From Eledone cirrhosa (taxonomy: Eukaryota), in NCBI GenBank assembly GCA_964016885.1, contig OZ024740.1, forward strand, positions 143,964,001 through 144,028,000: DNA of 64,000 bases, given 5' to 3'. The notes beneath the pieces were generated by a model. That model worked only from the letters and a program-made list of their open reading frames with translations, made no database searches and was not told the origin of the DNA. How positions within the stretch are numbered: position 1 is the first letter of the stretch; each line of letters begins with the position of its first letter. Both the position numbers and the translations under genes were made by a program. Below, piece after piece: positions 23,935 through 37,533 of this stretch.

Positions 23935-26885
23935 TCCACCTAATCTACGAAGGTATTTTAGCCTACATATTGTCGTTAATATTATGATGTTCCCTGCTGT
24001 ATTAGCGTTAAATTTTCCCTGCTGTATTAGCGATAAATTTTCGAGGGTTTCTCTTAGTAGCTTTTTCATGTCGTTAATATTATGATGTTCCCTGCTGTAT
24101 TAGCGTTAAATTTTCCCTGCTGTATTAGCGATAAATTTTCGAGGGTTTCTCTTAGTAGCTTTTTCATGTCGTTAATATTATGATGTTCCCTGCTGTATTA
24201 GCGTTAAATTTTCCCTGCTGTATTAGCGTTAAATTTTCCCTGCTGTATTAGCGATAAATTTTCGAGGGTTTCTCTTAGTAGCTTTTTTCATGACGTTATT
24301 ATTGTTAATTTTACTGATGTAGTATTAACTTATTAACTTGGATATTTACCATGCGGTATTCTAATCCTATTGTATCTCTCTCAGTTATTTACCATGCGAC
24401 CCTCAGTTCCTACCCCCCCCCCCCCCTCTATGCACTTCTTTAAGGCTTACTACCCTGTCTTTAACCTAATTCATTCAATCTGAAAATATTGAAGAGATAA
24501 GACACTTTGCCATTCTTCTCTGCTAAAATGTACCACTGAGCTGATTCAAATTTTCCCAGCCAGCCATCCACCTAATCTACGAAGGTATTTTAGCCTACAT
24601 ATTGTCGTTAATATTATGATGTTCCCTGCTGTATTAGCGTTAAATTTTCCCTGCTGTATTAGCGATAAATTTTCGAGGGTTTCTCTTAGTAGCTTTTTCA
24701 TGTCGTTAATATTATGATGTTCCCTGCTGTATTAGCGTTAAATTTTCCCTGCTGTATTAGCGATAAATTTTCGAGGGTTTCTCTTAGTAGCTTTTTCATG
24801 TCGTTAATATTATGATGTTCCCTGCTGTATTAGCGTTAAATTTTCCCTGCTGTATTAGCGTTAAATTTTCCCTGCTGTATTAGCGATAAATTTTCGAGGG
24901 TTTCTCTTAGTAGCTTTTTTCATGACGTTATTATTGTTAATTTTACTGATGTAGTATTAACTTATTAACTTGGATATTTACCATGCGGTATTCTAATCCT
25001 ATTGTATCTCTCTCAGTTATTTACCATGCGACCCTCAGTTCCTACCCCCCCCCCCCCCCCCTCTATGCACTTCTTTAAGGCTTACTACCCTGTCTTTAAC
25101 CTAATTCATTCAATCTGAAAATATTGAAGAGATAAGACACTTTGCCATTCTTCTCTGCTAAAATGTACCACTGAGCTGATTCAAATTTTCCCAGCCAGCC
25201 ATCCACCTAATCTACGAAGGTATTTTAGCCTACATATTGTCGTTAATATTATGATGTTCCCTGCTGTATTAGCGTTAAATTTTCCCTGCTGTATTAGCGA
25301 TAAATTTTCGAGGGTTTCTCTTAGTAGCTTTTTCATGTCGTTAATATTATGATGTTCCCTGCTGTATTAGCGTTAAATTTTCCCTGCTGTATTAGCGATA
25401 AATTTTCGAGGGTTTCTCTTAGTAGCTTTTTCATATCGTTAATATTATGATGTTCCCTGCTGTATTAGCGTTAAATTTTCCCTGCTGTATTAGCGTTAAA
25501 TTTTCCCTGCTGTATTAGCGATAAATTTTCGAGGGTTTCTCTTAGTAGCTTTTTTCATGACGTTATTATTGTTAATTTTACTGATGTAGTATTAACTTAT
25601 TAACTTGGATATTTACCATGCGGTATTCTAATCCTATTGTATCTCTCTCAGTTATTTACCATGCGACCCTCAGTTCCTACCCCCCCCCCTCTATGCACTT
25701 CTTTAAGGCTTACTACCCTGTCTTTAACCTAATTCATTCAATCTGAAAATATTGAAGAGATAAGACACTTTGCCATTCTTCTCTGCTAAAATGTACCACT
25801 GAGCTGATTCAAATTTTCCCAGCCAGCCATCCACCTAATCTACGAAGGTATTTTAGCCTACATATTGTCGTTAATATTATGATGTTCCCTGCTGTATTAG
25901 CGTTAAATTTTCCCTGCTGTATTAGCGATAAATTTTCGAGGGTTTCTCTTAGTAGCTTTTTCATGTCGTTAATATTATGATGTTCCCTGCTGTATTAGCG
26001 TTAAATTTTCCCTGCTGTATTAGCGATAAATTTTCGAGGGTTTCTCTTAGTAGCTTTTTCATGTCGTTAATATTATGATGTTCCCTGCTGTATTAGCGTT
26101 AAATTTTCCCTGCTGTATTAGCGTTAAATTTTCCCTGCTGTATTAGCGATAAATTTTCGAGGGTTTCTCTTAGCTTTTTTCATGACGTTATTATTGTTAA
26201 TTTTACTGATGTAGTATTAACTTATTAACTTGGATATTTACCATGCGGTATTCTAATCCTATTGTATCTCTCTCAGTTATTTACCATGCGACCCTCAGTT
26301 CCTACCCCCCCCCCTCTATGCACTTCTTTAAGGCTTACTACCCTGTCTTTAACCTAATTCATTCAATCTGAAAATATTGAAGAGATAAGACACTTTGCCA
26401 TTCTTCTCTGCTAAAATGTACCACTGAGCTGATTCAAATTTTCCCAGCCAGCCATCCACCTAATCTACGAAGGTATTTTAGCCTACATATTGTCGTTAAT
26501 ATTATGATGTTCCCTGCTGTATTAGCGTTAAATTTTCCCTGCTGTATTAGCGATAAATTTTCGAGGGTTTCTCTTAGTAGCTTTTTCATGTCGTTAATAT
26601 TATGATGTTCCCTGCTGTATTAGCGTTAAATTTTCCCTGCTGTATTAGCGTTAAATTTTCGAGGGTTTCTCTTAGTAGCTTTTTCATGTCGTTAATATTA
26701 TGATGTTCCCTGCTGTATTAGCGTTAAATTTTCCCTGCTGTATTAGCGTTAAATTTTCCCTGCTGTATTAGCGATAAATTTTCGAGGGTTTCTCTTAGTA
26801 GCTTTTTTCATGACGTTATTATTGTTAATTTTACTGATGTAGTATTAACTTGGATATTTACCATGCGACCCTCAGTTCCTACCTC
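23935..26885 (+). repeat. About 630-bp tandem repeat (about 4.7 near-identical units, each with three about 99-bp and several 24-bp subrepeats), contiguous with the 5' end of RTE family A
   Basis: ccacctaatctacgaagg recurs at about 23936, 24568, 25203, 25831 and 26456; subrepeat ttccctgctgtattagcg(t/a)taaatt. The last unit runs directly into the unique 5' UTR. Confidence 0.92.
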
Positions 26886-29800
26886 ACAATTTCCCACCCC
26901 CCCACCCCCACACACCACCATAGTCTATTCGACCAATCAAACCTAGCATGCCATTTCCACTGCTGCTGCTGCTACTACCTGCCTAACTAACTCTCTCCTC
27001 CTCTGGCGCATCCCAACACACCCTGCCATTACCCCACCACCACTGTCCTTCTAGCCCTCAATTTTCCCACCGTTAGGGATGGATGAGCTGGGAATACACG
27101 AGCAACTCTGAATCAATAGATGAAATATGAATCTGCGAGCTACCAAGCACCCACGTGAAGCGCCAACCCAGAGACCCTCCCCTACGAGTGTCGACAAATG
27201 CCCAAAACTCCGAGTTGGTACCATCAATGTAGGCTCAATGAAAGGAAGAGCAGGAGAAATCGTAGAAATGCTAGAGCGAAAGGAAGTTGATGTATGCTGT
27301 GTGCAAGAGACTAGATGGAGAGGAGGGTCTGCTAGAGTCCTTGTAGGAAAAAGCCAGTGCTACAAATTTTTCTGGGTGGGAAATGACGATGGGATGGGTG
27401 GTGTAGGTATACTATTAGCTGACAAGTGGGTAGATAAAGTAATCTCAGTGTACAGGGTAAATGCAAGAATCATTAAACTCAGACTAGTCCTGAATAAGAC
27501 AATTACCACAATAATATCAGCTTACGCACCCCAATCGGGGCTGCCAGACGAACTTAAGGATAGGTTTTACGAGTCCCTAATACACACTACTGCTCTAACA
27601 GACGACAAGGACTTCCTAATCATTGCAGGAGATTTTAACGGACACGTAGGTAAACACTGCGACGGCTTCAATAGAGTACATGGAGGCCATGGAGTTGGCA
27701 CAAGGAATGAGGAAGGATTCAGACTTCTAGAATTCTGCGACGCCAATGACATGTCGATATGTAACACAAACTTTAAAAAACCCGACAACCACCTGATCAC
27801 CTATAGATCAGGGGAGCACTCTAGTCAGTTAGATTTTATCCTCATCAGAGGACGTGACAGATGGACGGTCGTAAACACAAAAGCCTTCCCTAGTGAGGAA
27901 TGTACATCCCAACATAGCTTAGTTGTCAGCGACCTCACGGTCAGAACTAGACGAGCCCTGAAACAGAGGCCAACCTGGAGAAGAAAGATCTGGAAGCTGA
28001 AAGTCCCCTCAACCAGTAACAGATTTAAAGATATTTTACTCAACGCCTACGACAGTAAAGAAGAACAGATAGAGACATTTAACGTAGAAGAGAACTGGGA
28101 GTTCCTAAAAAATAACTTACTAGAGGCGACGGATGAGGTTTGTGGCTGGAGTAAGACCTCAAGCAGGAGGAGAGTGACTTGGTGGTGGAACAATAAGGTA
28201 GATGAAGCAGTCAAGGCCAAGAGACAGGCATGGAAAGAATGGAAGAACGGGGGGAGCAGGGTACATTACATAGAGACCAAGAGGGAAGCTAGGCGACAAG
28301 TATACTTAGCTAGGAGGGAAGCAGAGGATAGAAAATTCAAGCATGTTTTACAACGTGAGGACCAGAAACAGGAGGTATTCAAGATTGCGAGGCAGTGTGT
28401 CAGAGATAGTTGTGATGTCATTGGAGAGAAGTGTATCCGGAATGATAAAGGTGAGCTTGCCCTCACAAGTGCTGAGAAGAAAGATGCATGGAAGAGTCAT
28501 TATGATAGATTACTAAATGAGGAGAATGCATGGGAAGAAGAGACCCTACCCCACGTAGACCCTATAGAGGGACCAGCAGTACAAGTCAGCGGCAGCGTAG
28601 TAAGTAAGGCAATCAGAGATATGAAGATAGGGAAGGCAACCGGTCCATCGGGTATAGCTGCCGAGATGCTGAAGGCATCTGGGTCTGTAGGTCACACTAT
28701 AACCACACGTATCGTTAACCAGGTAATACTAGAGGGGGCCATACCAAAAGATTGGTGCAGTAGCATCATTGTCAACTGCTACAAAGGTAAAGGCGATGCA
28801 CTAGATAGAGGAAACTATAGAGGTATAAAGTTGATGGACCAGGTCATGAAAGTAACAGAAAGAGTTATAGCACAGCTGATTAGGGACCGGGTGAATATAG
28901 ACGAGATGCAATTTGGGTTTGTTCCAGGGAAAGGCACCACTGATGCGCTCTTCCTTGTGAGGCAATTACAGGAAAAGTACCTAGCTAAAAGTAAGCCACT
29001 CTACTTGGCATTTGTCGACCTTGAGAAAGCCTTTGACAGAGTTCCACGTGCAGTAATCTGGTGGGCTCTTAGAAAACTAGGAGTAGATGAATGGCTTGTG
29101 AAAGCGGTACAAGCCATGTATAGGGGAGCAGTCAGCAAAGTTAGGATTGGCAATGAGTATAGCGAGGAATTTAGCGTACAGGTTGGGGTCCACCAGGGCT
29201 CTGTTCTTAGCCCTCTCCTGTTCATCATAGTCCTGCAGGCAATAACGGAGGAGTTTAAGACCGGATGCCCATGGGAACTCCTGTATGCTGATGACCTCGC
29301 ACTCATAGCTGAATCTATGGTAGAACTAGAGAATAAATTCCAAACCTGGAAGCAGGGACTAGAGAGAAAGGGCCTCAAAGTCAACATGACAAAGACTAAG
29401 GTCCTTATAAGTAGACGAGAAAACAGAACCCAGATCCCCTCAGGGAAATGGCCTTGCTCAGTATGTAGGAAAGGTGTAGGTAGGAACTCCATTCTTTGCC
29501 CCAAATGCAAACAATGGGTACACAAGAGATGTAGCGGGATCTCAGGAAGCTTAATTAAGAATGTAGGATTCACATGCAGCAGCTGTGCTGAAACAGCAAG
29601 CAAACAGCCACAGGAAACAAGTACCACCAATCTCTGGGAGGGCCCTGTAGAAACAGTAGACAGCTTCTGCTACCTAGGTGACCGAATTAGCAACGGAGGT
29701 GGGTGCTCAGAAAGTACAATAACTAGGGTAAGAACGGGATGGAAGAAGTTTAGGGAACTACTACCACTGCTAGCTGCAAAAGGCTTCTCCCTCAGAATGA

Positions 29801-30555
29801 AAGGCAGACTGTATGATGCGTGTATCCGAACAGCGATGTTGCATGGTAGTGAGACCTGGGCGCTGAAGGTGGAAGACTTACGTAGATTAGAGAGAAACGA
29901 AGCCTGCATGCTCCGATGGATGTGTAACAGTAATATACGTGAACGACAAAGCATAAATGAATTGAGAGAGAGACTGAGCATAAGAGGAATCAAATGCTGC
30001 GTGCAGGAGAGGCGGTTACGCTGGTATGGACATGTGATGCGTATGAAGGATGACAGCTGCATAAAAAGGTGCAGAGCACTAGAAGTTGATGGAAACCGCG
30101 GAGTGGGGAGACCCAAGATGACTTGGGATGAGGTGATAAAAGCCGACCTTACCCAACTACACCTCTCAAAGTCAATGACACACGACCGTGACTTCTGGCG
30201 TCACGCAGTAATACAGGGTACCCGACCTCCCATGGGTACATGCTGAAGCATATAAACAATATGCCCCCCCCCCCCCCCCCCCACCGCAAGGTGGTCGTGG
30301 AGGTGCCACGGCAAAAAAGCACCCAGCCCACACTGTAAAGTGGACGTGTAGGCGCCACGAAAAAGCACCCAGCACTCACTGTAAATGAGGTTGGTGTTAG
30401 GAAGGGCATCCAGCTGTAGAAATCAAGCCAGATCAGTTCCTGTATGAGCAAGGCATGGTCAGCCGACCAGACACTGCCCACAACAGGACAACCCGTCTAA
30501 CCCATGCTAGCGTGGAAGAACGGACGTAAAAACGGTGATGATGATGATGATGATG
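26886..30555 (+). mobile_element. Full-length RTE LINE family A (may begin at 23935)
   Basis: 5' UTR, intact ORF, 3' UTR with ggttggtgttaggaagggcatccagctgtagaaa, (GAT)n tail running into a TA tract. Confidence 0.95.
27127..30246 (+). CDS. RTE polyprotein: APE endonuclease + reverse transcriptase + PHD-like Cys/His finger (1039 aa, intact)
   Basis: VGTINVGSM, VQETRW, SAYAPQ, GDFNGHVG, QLDFIL, SQHSLV; YRGIKL, FVDLEKAFDRVPR, VHQGSVLSP, LLYADDL, FCYLGD; CSVC...CPKC...HKRC...CSSC. Confidence 0.96.
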   Translation: MNLRATKHPREAPTQRPSPTSVDKCPKLRVGTINVGSMKGRAGEIVEMLERKEVDVCCVQETRWRGGSARVLVGKSQCYKFFWVGNDDGMGGVGILLADKWVDKVISVYRVNARIIKLRLVLNKTITTIISAYAPQSGLPDELKDRFYESLIHTTALTDDKDFLIIAGDFNGHVGKHCDGFNRVHGGHGVGTRNEEGFRLLEFCDANDMSICNTNFKKPDNHLITYRSGEHSSQLDFILIRGRDRWTVVNTKAFPSEECTSQHSLVVSDLTVRTRRALKQRPTWRRKIWKLKVPSTSNRFKDILLNAYDSKEEQIETFNVEENWEFLKNNLLEATDEVCGWSKTSSRRRVTWWWNNKVDEAVKAKRQAWKEWKNGGSRVHYIETKREARRQVYLARREAEDRKFKHVLQREDQKQEVFKIARQCVRDSCDVIGEKCIRNDKGELALTSAEKKDAWKSHYDRLLNEENAWEEETLPHVDPIEGPAVQVSGSVVSKAIRDMKIGKATGPSGIAAEMLKASGSVGHTITTRIVNQVILEGAIPKDWCSSIIVNCYKGKGDALDRGNYRGIKLMDQVMKVTERVIAQLIRDRVNIDEMQFGFVPGKGTTDALFLVRQLQEKYLAKSKPLYLAFVDLEKAFDRVPRAVIWWALRKLGVDEWLVKAVQAMYRGAVSKVRIGNEYSEEFSVQVGVHQGSVLSPLLFIIVLQAITEEFKTGCPWELLYADDLALIAESMVELENKFQTWKQGLERKGLKVNMTKTKVLISRRENRTQIPSGKWPCSVCRKGVGRNSILCPKCKQWVHKRCSGISGSLIKNVGFTCSSCAETASKQPQETSTTNLWEGPVETVDSFCYLGDRISNGGGCSESTITRVRTGWKKFRELLPLLAAKGFSLRMKGRLYDACIRTAMLHGSETWALKVEDLRRLERNEACMLRWMCNSNIRERQSINELRERLSIRGIKCCVQERRLRWYGHVMRMKDDSCIKRCRALEVDGNRGVGRPKMTWDEVIKADLTQLHLSKSMTHDRDFWRHAVIQGTRPPMGTC

Positions 30556-30609
30556 ATATATATATATATACATATATATATATACATATATATACATATA
30601 TATATATAC

Positions 30610-30640
<31 letters not shown>

Positions 30641-30641
30641 C

Positions 30642-30710
<69 letters not shown>

Positions 30711-30853
30711 CATATGTATATATACATATATATATATACATATGTATATATACATATATATATATATACATATGTATATATACATATATATATATACATA
30801 TGTATATATACATATATATATATACATATGTATATGTACATATATATATATAC

Positions 30854-30902
<49 letters not shown>

Positions 30903-30903
30903 C

Positions 30904-30936
<33 letters not shown>

Positions 30937-30991
30937 CATATGTATATATATATACATATATACATATGTATATATATATATATATATATAC

Positions 30992-31028
<37 letters not shown>

Positions 31029-31071
31029 CATATGTATATATACATATATATATATACATATGTATATATAC

Positions 31072-31136
<65 letters not shown>

Positions 31137-31170
31137 CATATGTATATATACATATGTATATATACACATA

Positions 31171-31202
<32 letters not shown>

Positions 31203-31231
31203 CATATGTATATATACATATGTATATATAC

Positions 31232-31276
<45 letters not shown>

Positions 31277-31463
31277 CATATGTATATATACATATATATA
31301 TATACATATGTATATATACATATATATATATACATGTTTATATATACATATATATATACATATACATATATATATATACACATATATATATACATATACA
31401 CATATATATATACATATACATATATATATACATATATATATACATATACATATATATATATAC

Positions 31464-31494
<31 letters not shown>

Positions 31495-31562
31495 CATATA
31501 TATATACACATATATATATATATATATATACACATATATATATATATATATATACACATATA

Positions 31563-31602
<40 letters not shown>

Positions 31603-31610
31603 CACATATA

Positions 31611-31701
<91 letters not shown>

Positions 31702-31763
31702 ATATACACATATATATATACATATATATATATACACATATATATATACATATATATATATAC

Positions 31764-31796
<33 letters not shown>

Positions 31797-31851
31797 CATA
31801 TATATATACACATATATATATATATATATACACATATATATATATATATAT

Positions 31852-31930
<79 letters not shown>

Positions 31931-32027
31931 CATATATATACATATATATATATACATATATATACACATATATATATACATATATATACATATATATACA
32001 TATATATATATATACATATATATACAT
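30556..32027. repeat. (TA)n/(TACA) compound microsatellite
   Basis: Direct inspection. Confidence 0.98.
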
Positions 32028-33125
32028 ATTGACTTTAGGAAGGCCTTTGATTCTGTGGACCGTTACTGCCTGATGAAGATCTTACAGGCTTATGGAATCC
32101 CCAAGAAGATAGTGGACCTGATATCACTGCTCTACACCAACACCAAAGCCCAAGTCATTACACCTGATGGGATGACAGAGTTCTTTGAGATACTGGCTGG
32201 AGTGCTCCAGGGAGATACATTGGCTCCCTACCTTTTTGTCATCGTAGTGGACTATTGTATGCGCCTTGCACTGGAGAAACACCAGGACTCTGGCTTTACT
32301 GTAGCACCGGCTCAGAGCAGGAGAGTTGGGGCGAAAAAGGTATCGGATGCTGAATTTGCCGACGACATAGTTTTGGTGACAAATACAGTGAAGGAGGCAG
32401 AGGATTTGATGCGGGAGGTTGAGACTGTGTCGATGAGTGTGGGGCTGAGAATGAATGAGACTAAAACAAAATATCTGGTAGAGAATGTTGAGAAGCCAGA
32501 GGGGATCACTAATGTAGGCGGGAAGCCGCTGGAATTGGTTGAGGACTTCCTGTATTTGGGAGCAAAGATTGGGAATACGGAAGATGATGTGGTTGAGAGG
32601 AAGAGCAAGGCCTGGGCGGCGTGCCACAGCTTGAGATCGGTGTGGAAGTCGGACCTTCGTAGAGACCTGAAAATCCGCCTCTTCATTGCTGTGGTGGAGT
32701 CTGTGCTGCTGTGTGGGTCTGAGACTTGGACACTGACCAAGAGACTCACTCAGATGGTGGATGGGTGCTACACGAGAATGCTGAGGATGGCTCTGAACAT
32801 TAATCAGTATACACTGAGGATGAAAAACTCAGAGCTGTATGGGAGCCTCCCAAAAGTCAGCTCAAAAGTGACACAGAGGAGACTGAGGTTGGCTGGACAT
32901 GCTCACCGACATCCAGAGTTGACATTGCACTCCGTGCTCCTTTGGGAGCCCCTACATGGACACACTGGAAGAGGAAGACCAAGGTTAACATATGTTGATG
33001 CCCTAAGGACAGACACTGGTCTGTTGGAGACGCAGGACATGGCAGCGATAATGAGGGACAGAGACCGCTGGAGAGAGCTCGTCCATGGATCTCGGGAATT
33101 TTACCCGCCTTAGATAGATAGATAG
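32028..33125 (+). mobile_element. 5'-truncated RTE LINE family C (RT C-terminal half; stop runs directly into a (GATA)n tail)
   Basis: [63 protein letters not shown]. Confidence 0.93.
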
Positions 33126-33149
33126 ATATATATACATATATATATATAC

Positions 33150-33705
33150 ATGGTGGCTGCCAACTCGTTTTCGAGTACGGCCACTACTTTATATCCATGT
33201 AGGAGAACCCCTACCGATGCGCTGAACGAGTGTGACTTTTTAGTCCAGCCAGCGACTCGAAAACTCTGGTACAAACACTACACTTGTGACAATTACTGAC
33301 ACATAGTGCTGGGCCCATGGTACCATGTGACGACAAGTGCAGAGAGATCTTCAGATATAAAGCAATGCCTGTGCCGTGAAGCTTTTATAGTGAGCAAAGG
33401 CACTGCACAAAGCCAGTCCCACTCTCTTAACCAAGATGATATTTACCAAAAAGAAGAACAAGTCAACATCATTGGATACCATCAGGGTTGCAGGTGTTAT
33501 ATCAGAGTTTTCCTTCTCCTAGAATTCTGCCTTGACAAAGGCTAAGGGGTCATCTCTCCCAGTGATTTTGGATGGCCATTGACTCTTAAGAGCTCCTTTG
33601 CCCTTTGACAGGTTTTGTTTTTAGTCCTGCAGGATGTCCAAAGTCACCCTCCTCACCAAGAAACCTTGGTGGGGTTGCCAGTTTAGTCGCCAACGACCCG
33701 ACCAT
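33150..33705 (-). mobile_element. RTE-derived SINE-like element, copy 2
   Basis: Matches 1219-1766. Confidence 0.6.
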
Positions 33706-33751
33706 GTATATATATATACATATATATATATATACATATATATACATATAC

Positions 33752-33798
<47 letters not shown>

Positions 33799-33847
33799 CA
33801 TATACATATATATATACATATATATACATATACATATACATATACAT

Positions 33848-34445
33848 ATCATCATCATCATCATCATCAACGTTTAACGTCCGTGTTCCACGCTTGCATG
33901 GGTTTGGACGGGGGTAGTCCCACTTGAGGCAAGAGTGATTGTCTTGCTCGCATAGGACTGTCTGGCAGGTTTTCTACAGTTGGATGCCCTTCCTAACACC
34001 AACCACATTTACAGTGTGGGTCTGGGAGGTTTTTACCGTGTTGCCTACACGGCCACATTACAGCGTGGACTGTGTGTTTTTTTGTCGTGACACCTACACG
34101 ATCTCGTTTGTTTCGGCCTGGATGGCGCGGCACCAACATAACTTTACATGGAACGGGGTGGTGTGGATGGGGTGGGGGTGGTGGCGGGACGGGGTGTAGT
34201 TTGTTAGAGATGCCTACTGGCAAGGCGGGTCTTCTCTGTTACTGAGTACCGCCAAAGGTCACGGTCCAGTGACATTGTCTTGGAGAGGTGTAAGTGTGTG
34301 AGGTCGGAGTTTATCAGCTCATCCCATGTTTTTCTAGGTCTGCCTATTCCGTGGCTACCGTCTATCTTTATTGCCCTGCACTTTGTAATACAGCTATCGA
34401 CTTTCATGCGCATCACGTGTCCATACCAACGCAGCCTTCTCTCGA
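33848..34445 (-). mobile_element. 3' fragment of RTE family B
   Basis: Nearly identical to 49870-50469. Confidence 0.93.
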
Positions 34446-34478
34446 CATATATATACATATACATATACATATATATAC

Positions 34479-34555
<77 letters not shown>

Positions 34556-34706
34556 CATATATACATATATATATATATATACATACATATATATATATAT
34601 ACATATATATCCATATACATATATATATACATATATATATACATATATATACATATACATATATATACATATATATATATATACATATATATACATATAT
34701 ATATAC

Positions 34707-34743
<37 letters not shown>

Positions 34744-34826
34744 CATATATATATACATACATATATACATACATATAGATAGATAGATAGATATATATAT
34801 ACATATATATATATACATATATATAC

Positions 34827-34859
<33 letters not shown>

Positions 34860-34862
34860 CAT

Positions 34863-35320
34863 ATAAGAATTAAAATACTAGAGTGCGTTGGAGTAAAATG
34901 GTCACCGCCTCTCTAGGAACATTGTTTATGCTTGTGAAGTTAAGACTAATTCTTCTTGTAGCAAATATATAGACTCCACATCTAATACTTTTAAAACTAG
35001 GTTTAATTCACATATTTCTAATTTTAAGCATATCAAGTTTAAGAACTCTACTTCTTTGGCACACCATATCTGGAATTTAAAAGGGGCTGATATACCATAT
35101 AGCCTAAATTGGCGAATAGTAGCACACTCTAATCACCTATCAACACACACTAAATTCTGTAATCTTTGTATCCTAGAGACCCATTCTATAATTTTCTCTA
35201 GGAGCATATTGCTTAATAGAAAATCTGAGATATTTTCTTCCTGTCCGCATGCCATTTCTAATTCTTTGTTCTATTATAGACCTAAAAGTTCCGGTAGTTT
35301 AAACCGTATCCATTAGCTGC
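34863..35320 (+). mobile_element. PLE GIY-YIG endonuclease fragment (family E)
   Basis: VYACEV...YIDSTSNTFKTRFNSH...LAHHIWNLK...LNWRIV...CNLCILE...LLNRKSEIFSSCPH. Confidence 0.8.
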
Positions 35321-35328
35321 TATATGTA

Positions 35329-35359
<31 letters not shown>

Positions 35360-35402
35360 GTACATATATATATATATATGTACATATATATATATACATA
35401 TA

Positions 35403-35435
<33 letters not shown>

Positions 35436-35605
35436 GTACATATATATATATACATATATATATGTATATATATATATATACACATAATATATATATATAT
35501 ATATATACACATATATATATATATATATACACATATAATATATATATACACATATATATATATATATATACACATATATATATGTATATATATATATATA
35601 TATAT

Positions 35606-35780
<175 letters not shown>

Positions 35781-35802
35781 TATATATATATATACACATA
35801 TA

Positions 35803-35902
<100 letters not shown>

Positions 35903-35958
35903 TATATGTATATATATATTATATATATATATATATATGTACATATATATATATGTAC

Positions 35959-35990
<32 letters not shown>

Positions 35991-36033
35991 ATATATACAT
36001 ACATATATATATATACATATACATATATACATA

Positions 36034-37379
36034 TATAATATATAAGAACAAAAGATGGTTAAAGGAGTTCCATGTATTTTATTATGCGCATTTCAAAAAC
36101 AAATATCATCATGCAATAATATTTGTATTTTCATCAGATAAAACAGGACATGATATGAAGGCTAAAAAAACACTTGTGGATAGTTCAGTTTTAAATCAAC
36201 ATATGAGAAGTAGTTTTAGATTGATGTGTGATATTGGGAAAAATATTTTATTTAGGGGGGGGGGGGGGGGGTGAAAAAAAAGAGGAGGAGATGAGAGTGA
36301 AGGTGGAGAGGGAAGAGTATAGTAAGGAAGGGTGAGATAGGAGGAGAGATGGGTGATAGAGAGATAGAGATAGCTTTTATAACTGAGAAAGATATATTGT
36401 TTTACATAGAGAGGTTGAAAACCGTTGGAAGATAACGTATAAATTAAAAGAATTTGAAAATTAACGAAGAGAAAAAGAGAAAAATATGTGCGAAGAAAGA
36501 GAAGGAGTTAATATGTATTGAGAATAATGAGTTAGATGATAGGGAGAAAAGAATAATGAATTGCGGATGAATATTCTAACGTCAAAAAAAATTGTATATG
36601 TTTACGAAGGATTTTTATAAGGTGATATAGAGTAAGAATGTGTTGTATTATGTAATAATTGATTCTATGTTAGGCAAGAGTGAGAAAAGGTACAGATTAG
36701 GGGTTAGATATTAGAAGAGAAGAAAAGGAAGTGATAAATATGGGTGATGTAGAAAGAGTAAAACAGGTATTATAGAAATTTGAAAATTAACGAAGAGAAA
36801 AATAATGTAAAGTTAAGGTTTGTATATTGAAGGATTTGATATGTGTGAAGAAAAAGAAAATGTTAATATGTATTGAGAATAATGAGTTAGATGATAGGGA
36901 GAAAGAATAATGAATTGAGGATGAATAATCTAGCGTAAAAAAAAAATGTATATGTTTACGAAGGATTTTACAAGGTGATATAGAGTAAGAGTAATGAGTA
37001 AACAAGTATTATAGAATGTATAATAACCTTTGAAATAAGGTAGAAAGATGGGTATATTTTTAAAAGAAGTGTATATATATGTGCCTTTGAGAAAAAGATT
37101 CTAAATTGATAAAGAATTGAATATTAGCTGTATACTTTGTGAAATGTTTTATGGAATTTATGCAAGCAGATAGAAAACAAGTCAGTGCGTCTATTTATTA
37201 TAGAATCTAGATTAGAGATAATGGTAAAAATGAAATGCGCATAATAAAATACATGGAACTCCTTTAACCATCTTTTGTTCTTATATATTATGTATACTCC
37301 AGTCCCACAAACTGTAGAGTGCTTCTTATCCGATATCTGCATTGCTTTATTGTACTACAATAAAACTCACCTCCTACAT
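36034..37379 (-). mobile_element. PLE family B copy (long arm on -, short tail-bearing arm 37229-37379 on +)
   Basis: Reverse-complement match to about 6710-7812 with an internal duplication; inversion junction at ggtaaaaa|tgaaatgcgcat. Confidence 0.85.
36077..36143 (-). ncRNA. Type I hammerhead (PLE family B)
   Basis: Reverse complement of 7706-7772 with an intact core. Confidence 0.85.
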
Positions 37380-37533
37380 ATATACATATACATATATACA
37401 CATATATATATATATACACATATATATATATATACATATATATATATACACATATATATATATACACATATATATACACATATATATATATACACATATA
37501 TATATACACATATATATATATACACATATATAT

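Noticed and set aside
23935-26885. CRISPR-like appearance of the 24-bp repeats
   Set aside because: Intervening sequences are themselves repeated, there are no cas genes, and the context is eukaryotic.
30504-32027. N-terminal 508 aa of the 869-aa ORF fused to an RT
   Set aside because: Microsatellite read-through into a 5'-truncated RTE; not a real fusion protein.
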